Positions 1 to 11,100 of a stretch of 34,043 bases of DNA are shown here, piece by piece. The position numbers and the translations under genes were made by a program. Numbering within the stretch: position 1 is the stretch's first letter; each line of letters opens with the position of its first letter. The stretch spans positions 1 to 34,043 of the forward strand of contig JAUCBJ010005283.1 of NCBI GenBank assembly GCA_032718475.1. The letters are read 5' to 3'. This stretch comes from Nemertoderma westbladi (lineage: Eukaryota > Animalia > Xenacoelomorpha). The notes beneath the pieces were generated by a model. That model was not told where the DNA came from. It worked only from the letters and a program-made list of their open reading frames with translations, and did not search any database.

Positions 1-64
1 CTCCCGGAGGTTTGACCAATAACCTCTATTGTGTGTGGCTCTTTGGGGGTTTGTCGTCCCCGTT

Positions 65-114
65 TATTGGGGATGATACGAGGTTGACTGTAATCAACCT
101 CGTACTCCCCAATA
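65..114. repeat. Long imperfect inverted repeat / stem-loop
   Basis: TATTGGGGA(65-73) pairs with TCCCCAATA(106-114) and TACGAGGTTGA(77-87) pairs with TCAACCTCGTA(94-104), around a 6-nt loop. Confidence 0.8.
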
Positions 115-195
115 TTGCTTAAAGGCGCCACTTCCCAACTTTATGGGGTGGTGGGCGGAATTGAATCCGCTCACACCTACTGCGTTGAGTATATT

Positions 196-1610
196 GTTGG
201 TGCCAGTTCCCAAGAAGGGCAACCTAACACTCTATGGTTCTTTTAGGGGAATCTCATTGATCTCGATTGCTGCAAAGCTATACAATAGGATTCTATTAAA
301 TCGCATCAGGGATCCCATTGAGAGACTGCTCCGTGGAAATCAGAATGGGTTCCGTAAAGGTCGTGGGACCATGGAGCCCATTTTGGCACTTAGAAGGATA
401 ATTGAAGAATTATCAAAAAAGAAAGACAGGCATCTGGCTGTTATCTTTGTTGACTTCTTCAAGGCCTTTGATTCAGTCTCTCAGTCACGTATGTTCAGCA
501 TACTTTCATTATATGGGATTCCTGATGAAATTATTGCAGCAATCAGATCAGTATACGATGGTTTGACAACATTTGTGTCTACTGTTGACGGTGACACAGA
601 ACCATTTGAAGTGTTATGGGGCGTCCTCCAAGGAGACACACTTGCACCATTCTTGTTCATTATTGTGGTTGACTATGTTCTACGCATGTCCTTAGATCAT
701 CATAATGATGATGGGGTGATGATAACTCCACCTACTGGCTCCAGAAGTCGAGGAAATCCTGCCAAGTACCTAACTGATCTAGACTTTGCTGATGACTTAG
801 GAGTACTCTCAGAATCATTAGAGGGAGTCCAACGGCTCCTCAGCTCATTAGAACATGCTGCTTCTAGTGTTGGTCTTTTTATTAACTCCAGAAAGACCAA
901 AATTCGCACAGTTAACTTTGAAAGTCCTCAGCAAGTCTCTGATCGGATGAGCATAAGCTCAAAGGATGGTATGCTTGAGCATGTGGACGACTTCTGTTAC
1001 CTGGGATTATGGATCCGGAAGTCAGGTGAGGACCTTCGAATACGTAAGGGAAAGGCATGGGCAGCCTTGAATAGGCTTTCCAGGATTTGGAAGTCACCTA
1101 GAATTAATCGGAAACTTAAGGTCCGATTATTTAGAGCAGCAGTAGTTCCAGTACTCCTCTACGGGAGTCCATGCTGGGCTCTAACTGCTGAGGACACCAA
1201 ATCTCTGGATGGCACATTCACAAGAATGCTACGCCGGGTTCATTGTGTCAAGTACAATGCACACATCTCCAACCAGACACTATATAACATTGGAGGTGTC
1301 TCATTGGTTCCCCCAAGCTTGACACTAGAACAAAATCGCCTCCGCTTTGCAGGACATTGCTTTCGCCGTGAGGACCAGCCAGTGCATAATCTTGTACTTT
1401 GGCAGCCTGATGGAGTGAATAAGCATGGTGGACAGCCCATGACTTTCTTGAGACGTATCTTAAAGGACACTGGCCTTAAAGATGCGGATGATCTAGCAAA
1501 TGTCATGGGTGATAGGGAGTTGTGGCGGTGCAATTTTGTTGACAAGCCGGCACAGCATTCTTAAAAATGCAGCTGCAATGCAGCATGCCGATCCTAGTAG
1601 TAGTAGTAGT
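196..1610 (+). mobile_element. 5'-truncated RTE-clade non-LTR retrotransposon, family A copy 1 (RT domain, open frame to stop at 1564)
   Basis: RT motifs VPVPKKG, RGISL, NQNGFRKGR, FVDFFKAFDSV, GVLQGDTLAPFLF, LDFADD, FCYLG, RLRFAGH. Short 3' UTR followed by a (TAG)n tail at ~1595-1610. Homology to copy 2 starts at 196 (=6055). Probable TSD TGAGTATATT(186-195)/TGATTATATT(1610-1619), 9/10 match. Confidence 0.95.
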
Positions 1611-4600
1611 GATTATATTCCTATAAACCATACATGGCTTCGCCTATTGAAGGCATCGGTAGTTATAAAGTACTGGTGGGTGGGAAGGGTTGGTGGGAGG
1701 GGGGTGCAGATTAAAAGTGGTAAACACGTACTGTCCCCCTTTCTTTGATTGATTGGTGGTGTGGGTAAATTTCTCAAAACCTGATTTTGTGATACAGTCG
1801 CTCAATTTTAATCTGTATTTGATAACTGAGCCTCGTCCTGAGCGATTGCCCCACGTTTGTGTGTTATACTGTATACTGAAATGTTTCCCTTCAGACTACA
1901 TGATTTATTTACCTACTGTATTCCCAGTAGTTGTTTTTCATATATGAGTTTTGTTTTCTACTATATTACATATTTACAGTGCTAACTACTTATTTACAGT
2001 ATCGCTGTTCGCGCTTTTAGACCTTTAACAGTTTAACCTGTTAATTGAAATTTCTTATATTATTTCGCTAGCCAGCACTAAAATAGAACTATTGATAAAA
2101 GACAGTCTTGCGCGGCGCATGACCCACCATGTGTGGAAGACTGGCAGAGAGAGGGGTAGGCTACTTTGTATTATTCAATTGATTTCCACTATATAATCTC
2201 CAAAAACTATGTTCACATTCAGGGTAGTATTAGCAGTTCCGTTCAGATGCTGCGATTTAAATACCTGAAAGAGTTATGACTTACGATAATACAACGGATT
2301 ATTTAATCGAGCCACTGTTATTTATATCCTTTAGGGATGTAGTATTATGTACTCGCACTCACTCCAATAACAATAATATGGGAATACACTGATTTGCTGA
2401 CTAGTACCAATTTTGCTCATATATAAGGAGAATTTCAGCTCACTCACGTTGGTATTATGAAATAGCATAAATATCACACAAACCAGTGGAATTTAGGCTG
2501 AAATAGTTACTCGAAATTCCTTTCTGCTAAACATGGATCCAGTTTTCTGTGTAATGGAACTCTATGGGATAGGAAAGTGAAAATTGCCCTGATTGCTCGT
2601 TTGGATATAACAGGGGCTACGGCTACCAAGACATAGGAACCAGGGTACTGTTCCTGGGCTGTTCAAGGCCTTTGTGTGGCAATGCGGCAATTCAGAGTTG
2701 TACACCAAAATTAAACAGAGTAAGGCGTAAGTTTATATGTTCTCAGCGTTTAGAGTAGTTCGCGAATTGCACAAAAGATATATTTTTGCCGCAAAACCTT
2801 TTACAAGCGCGTAGCGCTTATTAGGTGTTAGGTCCTACCGACTTAATTACAATGTTAAACCTACTTATTTACAAATACACGGGTATGGGGTTTGTGTAAT
2901 GGGTCTGGCCTACCCGACAAGCCTCCGTCTACATTATTTAATTATTATGCACAAGGAACTTACTCAACTATATGAAAGCACAGTATGTAGCAATTTGATT
3001 ATATTGTGGAGTGAATAGTTCATTATATCAGAGTACTTTGTAGTGACTGTCAGACTGTGTAATTAATTTCGCGTTACATAATGTTGATAATATGCAAATA
3101 TTTCATCGTTCCCATCTTTGTTATTCATAACAATTGATCAGACGTAAAGGGTTCCCCTCAGCTTGCTTTCATGGAAATTGGTCGGAGCGACTTGAAGAAG
3201 GAGTTATACTGCATTATGTAGGGTAGGCCTACCACAGACAGGCGTCGCGTGGATGAAGAGATCGTAAATCAGGTTAATCAGAATTGGTGGCTGGACGGGA
3301 TTATTGGTCGTCGGTTTGTATGGGTGGGGAGGAAACTGTTGGCCAGTAAAAGAGCCAGAGTGATGAGTGGCCATAAAAACGGATGATAAGGACAGGGCTT
3401 CTCTTGGCCTTCTTTAGAGGCTGGGTTGATAGGTGACTTTCCAAGATGAATTAATATTACGGAGTTAAAGATACTACCTCGGCTAGATAGACCATTGTCT
3501 CCTTTGTGCTACCTTTGTCAATATGGAACAGATCGGCGGTCGTATCATAGTGGTCGAGTTCATTGATATGTATGTAGCTCTTGCTCTTGTGCCGCAATCT
3601 TGTATTTTAGAGATAGTTTACCTCTTTTTAACGTTCTTGATGAACTGGAATTAGTTCAAGTTGTAACTTAGACTAAATATTCCGACTTAACTTCAATAAG
3701 GACATTAAGCTTTTATATAGCGGCCACCCAGTTCCCTTTGTCAGCCTTGCCTGCCATTGCGGTACAAGGCGAGTACTGCATAACTGGTAACGCCTATTTC
3801 GGCACTATTGCATTCATAACGGCACCCCAGCTCCCAGCTCTTTCCGGTGTGAACTGATATGCATAAACTACAGTCGTAGCACGTGTTATCTTTCGTTTAT
3901 TGTTTTGGTTCCCTCAACTCGCCTCTGTAACCTATTCCTTTACTAACCTGACTACATCACAGGTCAAGGTCTATTATTAATCCCGACGAAATACCAGACC
4001 CCCAGACGGCTAAGATCAAAATGTAAAATTATACTGTAAAATGCAGTGTCGGGGTTGTCGTTATAATAGCAGTGGCACCGAGTATTTTAATTCAGTATTT
4101 ATTATCAAATATTAGTCTGAGCCTTAGTTAGTTAGACAGTCAATAGCTGCAGTACATTACCGTACTGAAACAAGTAGTCTTAATTTAGTTAAGTATAGAT
4201 TAAGTACTCCGTATGTTAACAAAAAAAATACAGACTAAATGCAAATGAAACGTAAGTCTACCTCTAAGTCTACACTCTACATTTTATCTAAACCCACAAA
4301 AGTAAATATTACATGTGCAAACATTGATATTATGTGAAGAGTCAGATGGTATCGGTATACCTACAGTAATCAACATCAAACAACACCGCAGGAGTTTATA
4401 AATGTAGTATTGGAATTATATTTTACGCCATTAGTTACATTAACACTATAACAATAAATATTATTTGAAGCCGTGCCACTATCGTAACCAGCGAATTTAA
4501 TTTCACTGCAAAAAAAAACCCTGACTGGAGGACCCTGAACGTGAAATAGATTATTGCCTTTTTTTTTTATAAATCACTGGATATTTTAGTTTCTAGTATT

Positions 4601-4889
4601 ACAAAGGATGATACTTCCTAAAAATTTAAATCAACCCTCCAATGGAACTATCGAAGATTCCAACTCTTTGCACCCTTTCTTCTTCTCTTTGTGATCATCT
4701 GTTTGGCGTTTTATAAACTTCAATGAATGTTCAAAGAAAAGAAACTACCAGAGCAAAGGCTAACCCATTATATTGTAGTGGTTTATTGAAAAGTAACTAA
4801 AAAGTAGGTATATGATTGCTTTAAATTTTATATGTTCCACATCGTAATATTTTTATAGACTTAGGCATTGACAAGATAATATACTGTAG

Positions 4890-4975
4890 AACTGAGTCTG
4901 ACCTCTACGTCTACAGTCACTATTCTGTGGTCCGACCCAATTAGGTTGAACGGGCGTATGCCTCGCAGATAATTA
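4890..4975 (-). mobile_element. Inverted fragment of a LINE APE-endonuclease C-terminus
   Basis: Minus-strand translation FNLIGSDHRIVTVDVEVRL carries the SDH catalytic motif typical of APE-type LINE endonucleases. Confidence 0.65.
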
Positions 4976-5059
4976 TGGTGTTCACGACAATGATGTAGTC
5001 CTGCAGCTCGGGTATTGAAAGCTCTACAGCTTCCACTTACTTTTTTTTTAATGTGGCAA

Positions 5060-7485
5060 TTCTCTTGAAATGGATTGTTTTCGGCTGGAACCCAGTTCAA
5101 GAAGCGAACTGGAAAGCTATGATGGACTCATACTGGTTCCAGTGGCCACAAGTCCCAGATAGACCATATTATGTTTTGTAGGAAATAGAGAAGCTCTATA
5201 CAAGACTGTAATGCATTTACAGCAGAACAACGAACTCTGCCTTGCCACGGCATGACTACTGGTCCTCTCTGTTGCAACAGCCAAGTGTAAGATCCAGCTT
5301 CACACTACAGCTGAGCAACAGGTATGAGGTTCTTGCCTCTGAGGCGGCAGACCACTGTGAGGGCTATACTGCCTTCACAGAAGCAGTTAAGTTAGCAGCT
5401 GCAGAAACAGTTCCTGTATACCCTCGAAACAGGAAAAGGGCCCCCTGGACTGACAACAAAATTCAGAAGTGCCGAAATGACCTATATAAGGCGCAGAAAG
5501 AGTCCCGACTCGGACAGGAATGCACAGAATGCACAGGAATGACAGGAAACAGCGACCAAGAATGCAGTTAAGGCTGCATCTAGGTCCCTGAACAGGCAGT
5601 ACTCTGTTAATTTACAGGAGAAAATAAACCAACAGGTTGATGCCATCAATCATGCTGACGACAGCAGCCAATCATCCCAGGCATGGAAATCGATCAACTT
5701 GCATACTGGGCGGAAAAGCCAACCAACCACCAAGGTTAAGGCTGAATCACCAGCCGATCGCCTCAATGGTTGGAAGGCCCACTTTGAAAAGCTCCTCAAT
5801 AATGACAGGGTATTGCCTGGTAACTTTGTAGAAGTAAAAGTGTCTGAGTCTGTACTCCCAGATATTCCCATTGGTGATATCTCCTTTGCAGAAGTGAAGG
5901 CTGCTGCAAAGAGCATTAAGACCAATCGTGCCAGTGGAATAGATGGTGTTCCCCCTGAGGTCTTTAAAATACCTGAGTGTTTAAAGCTCATCTATCCCAT
6001 CACAGTAGACATGTACAGAACAACAAGAGTCCCACAAGAAATAAAAACAAATAAGTTGGTGTCAGTTCCCAAGAAGGGCAACCTAACACTCTATGGTTCT
6101 TTTCGGGGAATCTCATTGTTCCCGATTGCTGCAAAGCTATACAATAGAATTCTATTAAATCGCATCAGGGATCCCATTGGGAGACTGCTCCGTGTAAATC
6201 AGAATGGGTTCCATAAAGGTCGTGGGACCATGGAGCCCATTTTGGCACTTAGAAGGATAATTGAAGAGTTATCAAAAAAGAAAGACAGGCATCTGGCTGT
6301 TATCTTTGTTGACTTCTTCAAGGCCTTTGATTCAGTCTCTCGCTCACGTATGTTCTGCACACTTTCATTATATAGGATTCCTGATGAACTTATTGCAGCA
6401 ATCAGATCAGTATACGATGGTTCGACAACATTTATGTCTACTCTTGATGGTGACACAGAACCATTTGAAGTATTATGGGGAGTCCTCAAAGCAGACACAC
6501 TTGTGCCATTCTTGTTCATAATTGTGGTTGACTATGTTCTACGCATGTCCTTAGATCATCATAATGATGATGAGGTAATGGTAACTCCACCTACTGGCTC
6601 CAGAAGTCGAGGAAATTATGCCAAGTACCTAACTGATCTAGACTTTGCTGATGACTTAGGAGTACTCTCATAATCACTAGAAGGAACCCACTGGCCCCTC
6701 AGCTCATTAGAACAGGCTGCTTCTAGTGTTGGTATTTTTATTAAGTCCAAAAGGACCAAAATTTTGACAGTTAACTTTGAAAGACCTCAGCACGTCTCTG
6801 ACCGGATGAGCATAAGCTCAAAGGATGGTATGCTTGAGCATGTGGACGACTTCTGTTACCTGGGATCATGGATCCGGAAGTCGGAAGGACCTTCGAACAT
6901 GTAAGGAAAAGGCATGGGCACGGGCATGGAAAGCCTTGAATAGTCTTTCCAGGATTTGCAAGTCACAGAGAATTAATCGGAAACTTAAGGTCCGATTATT
7001 TAGAGCAGCAGTAGTTCCAGTACTCCTCTATGTGAGTCCATGCTGGACTTTAACTGCTGAGGACACCAAATCTCTGGATGGCACATTCACAAGAATGCTA
7101 CGCCGAGTTCATTGTGCCAAGTACAATGCACACATCTCCAACCAGACACTATATAACATTGGAGGTGTCTCATTGGTTCCCCCAAGCTTGACACTAGAAC
7201 AAAATCGCCTCCGCTTTGCAGGACATTGCTTTCGCCGTGAGGACCAGCCAGTACATAATCTTGTGCTTTGGCAGCCCCATGGAGTGAATAAGCATGGTGG
7301 ACAGCCCATGACCCTCTTGAGACGCATCTTAAAGGACACTGGCTTTGAAGATGCGGATGATCTAGCCAATGTCATGGGTGATAGGAAGCTGTGGCGGCGC
7401 AATTTTGTCGACAAGCCAGCACAGCATTCTTAAAAATGCAGCTGTAATGCAGCATAAAAAAACCTAGTAGTAGCTAGAAGTAGTA
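5060..7485 (+). mobile_element. Degenerate RTE-clade LINE, family A copy 2 (endonuclease C-terminus + RT; stops and frameshifts)
   Basis: 5064-5225 reads LENGLFSAGTQFKKRTGKL*WTHTGSSGHKSQIDHIMFCRK*RSSIQDCNAF (APE remnant). RT ORF 5699-6673 ends at a premature TAA where copy 1 has GAA. The C-terminus resumes in another frame to 7433. Degenerate TAG tail at ~7465-7485. Clearly >90% identical to copy 1 by eye. Confidence 0.95.
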
Positions 7486-8193
7486 TGTGATGTTTGTTGG
7501 TATCAATTCAAATTCCTCCATAAGATTTCCATTCTCCTGCAGTAAGTACCCATTTATATATATTTTAACTGGTGTTAGGCCAATAGGTGTAATCCTTGAT
7601 GTCTTCGGGAACAACTTGCTCATTCAGGACACCAACAATGACTGTGACATTGTTAATAACTCTGAACCCATATTGTTTTAATCTTTGTGTGCAAGTGCCC
7701 TCCATCGAATCATTACAAAATCTCAAAAAACATTTACAAATTTTATTGTTGAAACCTTCGACATCAGGACCCCTGACTACTGAAGGCGAAAAAGGTTGAC
7801 AAAAAGGTAGGAAGAGCAAGTTGACACATCCTTAGCTAGTTGATAACTCGTGCGTGGTTTCGACCTTAGCTAGTTGGAATCGCTAGCAATTACTGATGAA
7901 CACTGGCACTTAGAGGATTTGCACTGAAATCAATGTTTTCTGACATAAAATGTTCACATTCATATCTGATACAAACGTAAATCCTAACTTTGGAGATATA
8001 TGAAATATAAAATAAATTGCAATTGTTTATTAATTTTATTCAAGTATATTTTATAAAGTTGTCATACAATTAATATTAATTTTTAAATAACGTTTATAAT
8101 TGTAATATATTTCCCTCCCAGTATATCATTGAATTTATTTTATTGAATATTGACTATCTATTGAATTGATTCTTATATTATTAGTTATCCACA

Positions 8194-11100
8194 ATGGAAT
8201 ATTTGGAACATCCTTACCGAATAACAAGAAACGGACGTAAAATCTGCCTCATCGTCAATATCACTAAATATTTAAAAACTACAGACGATAGATCCAAAGG
8301 TTCTATACCTGATGTCGAACATGTCAAGAAAGTATTTGGTGACCAGCTTCACTGTGAGATTGTGGAATTTAAACCCGAAAACAACGGTTTTATAACACGT
8401 GATCATTTAGTTTCAGGAATGACCAGTTTTCGTAACAATGATTGTTTGAAGGATATTGAATGCCTATTCGTTTTTTTAATGAGTCACGGTCGTAGAGGTT
8501 TACTCACTTGTTCAGACCAAGAACAGGTTCCCATACGAGCAATTATTAACTTATTTTCAAATGACTGCCTTTCTCTAAGGTTACCGGTAGCAAAACCTCG
8601 AATATTTTTTGTAGAAGCTTGTCAATCAAATGTTGGAAACTACGATGAAGTTGATATGGATATAAATGGTCTTAAATTCAATCACATTGCATTGGCTATG
8701 GGTTGCAGCCCAGGCGAAACACTGCCACTATACAATGACCAAGGTTCCCTTTTTATAAGTACGGTTTGCGAAACCATAAGTTATATGATACAAAACCATA
8801 AACGTGGAGAAATTAAGACATTATTTGCGAAGCTAAAATCAGAACCATTATTGTACGGTCAAGAAGGTCAAGTGATGAATCCACGAGTGACTGACAATTT
8901 ACTGCAAAACTTATACTTTATCAATTTTGTGCAGAGTGTTTCCAAGTTTCGAATTGACAGTTTGTGTGAGGTACACTTTAATGGAGCTGAAAAATACCTG
9001 AAATGTGGAATTAATGGGATTGGCATTTTTGAGAAATCAACAGAAGACGTTTTGCAACTACCAATCCCATCTCACCAAGGATTAATTACGAGTTGCGCGT
9101 TGTCGCAAAGTAATAATAGAGTAGCAGGATGTTCACAGAATGGCGGTGTAGTTATCTGGGACATCGGTTGTTATCCACCGACAATATTGTATGACATAAC
9201 GCATTCACAAATAAATATGAATATGGAGAATGAAAACCTAATCAATCAACCAGTACTCACCCCACGCAGAGCTGTCTTCAACCCAACCAATGATTCAATA
9301 ATTGCAACGAGTCATATTGATGGAAGCTGCACAATCATCCATCTTGCGGGTCAACATTTTTTACATATGACATGGAGATTGCACGATAATGGTGGTGTAT
9401 TTGATATTGCTTACTCCCCAGATGGTAGAAAACTGGTTTCATGTGCTGATAAATGGTTGACAATATGGAATATGGAAGGGGTGCCAATGGCTTTACCAAA
9501 AAAAATTGCAAGTAGTTTCTTTGCAACTACATCTCTTCTTTGTGTTAGATGGACACCTGATGGAAGATATATAATAACCATAAGTGAAGGCGAATTTACT
9601 GTGTATTGTTACGATATTGAAAGAAAAGAAATTGTCTGGAAGAAGCCAATAGACGCTACTCGTATTGCGATTCATGAATTTGGTGATATTTTGGCTGTTG
9701 GGGGAAGTTTGGGAATCTATCTATTGAAAACTGCTACAGGAGAACAACTTCGAAAGGTTAGTGAAGAGGAAAACGCTGCTCTCAGCGGTTTAGAGTTCCT
9801 GAGAGGCAACCTTCTCATTGGTTGGAGTATTGGGGTGGTTCTAGAATATAATATGGAAACACTATTTCTGAAAAATGAAAAGAATCCACAAGATATACTT
9901 TATCTTCAAAGTGACAGTTTTAAAGGCTATTCTTCACATCTTAATGGACAAGATTCAGAATTCAAGAGTAATCAAGGAGGATATACATATGCGGATAAAT
10001 ATGTTGTTAAAAATGATACTGTAAAAGTATATTCTACACATCCTGATCAACATGATTCCGAAAGTTTTAAAAATAGTCATGCGCATGATGATGAACACAT
10101 TAATGAAACTAATATTGTTAAAGCATATCATGCATGTAATGATGAACACAGTGATGAATGTGACTTTGCTAAAGAATATCCTATACTTGATAATGATCAT
10201 TATGCTGGAAGAGGCAATGGCACAGAATGTTTAACCCAAGATGATGATGGATGCCAAAAACAACACAGACACAGGCCCATATGGATCAACCACATGCCCC
10301 CGAAGATATCCCTCAGAGCACTTCCTAAACTTAATCAACCTGAAATTAATCTGCATAAACAAATGTTTTATGAAACTACTCGTGAAGTATTTAAATATAT
10401 GGCACCTGCAGATCCTTATATTGAAAGTGAGCATAAGACCAAATATTCTAGAGAAATTATTGGTCTGCAGGAAAATTCAAACTTACCAGACTCATACGAC
10501 CATGGTGCAGATCAGCATTTGCAATTTAATGTGCAGGAATACGATATGGATAAATTTCCTCACGGGTTTTGTTTAATAATCAATAATCATAACTTTACGA
10601 GTTTGAGCCCTGATGGCGTCATTCTAGAGGATATTGTGGGTTCTGACGAAAATGTAGCTAGAATCGATAATACATTCAAAAAGCTGGGTTACAGAGTGAT
10701 GAGGCATAACGATTTGACAGCGCACGATCTCGACAAAGTTCTATATTCCGTCTCCAAGGATCCGACCCTCAAAGACTGTAATTCATTTGTTTGTTTCGTA
10801 ATGACTCATGGAAGGGATGAGTTTCTTTATGGATGCGATGGGATACCGATTGAAATCCGTCAAGTAACGAGTCACTTTAACTCTTTACTTTGTCCTCAAT
10901 TAGCTAGGAAACCAAAGATTTTTTTTCTTGATGCAGGTATGGTGAGTGCACTTATACCAGCTATGACCAGAGTTGATAAGGATCTATTCAAAATTACACA
11001 ACGACTTGAAGAACGACCTTCACGACGTGAAGAATCACAGCACGTTGGTGATGAAAGTGACCTTCTTATTGCTCATTCGACTTCACCGGGTCACGTGTCC

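Noticed and set aside
143-195. ATG and first 18 codons of the 473-aa ORF as a genuine N-terminus (domesticated RT gene)
   Set aside because: Homology with copy 2 begins only at 196 and a TSD abuts it. The ATG is fortuitous flanking sequence.
1620-4860. Possible coding or ORF1 remnants (e.g. minus-strand PLKKAKRSPVLIIRF near 3380-3420)
   Set aside because: Too short and interrupted to assign. The region remains unexplained.
7890-7932. CTGATGA...GAAA hammerhead core upstream of the caspase gene
   Set aside because: No convincing stem II or stem I pairing.
10930-10950. Donor-like GCAG|GTATGG and ATG|GTGAGT at the dead active site, which might let splicing restore the Cys
   Set aside because: The first leaves a codon starting with G (not TGY) and the second lies after the Gly. 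Caspase small-subunit homology continues in frame.
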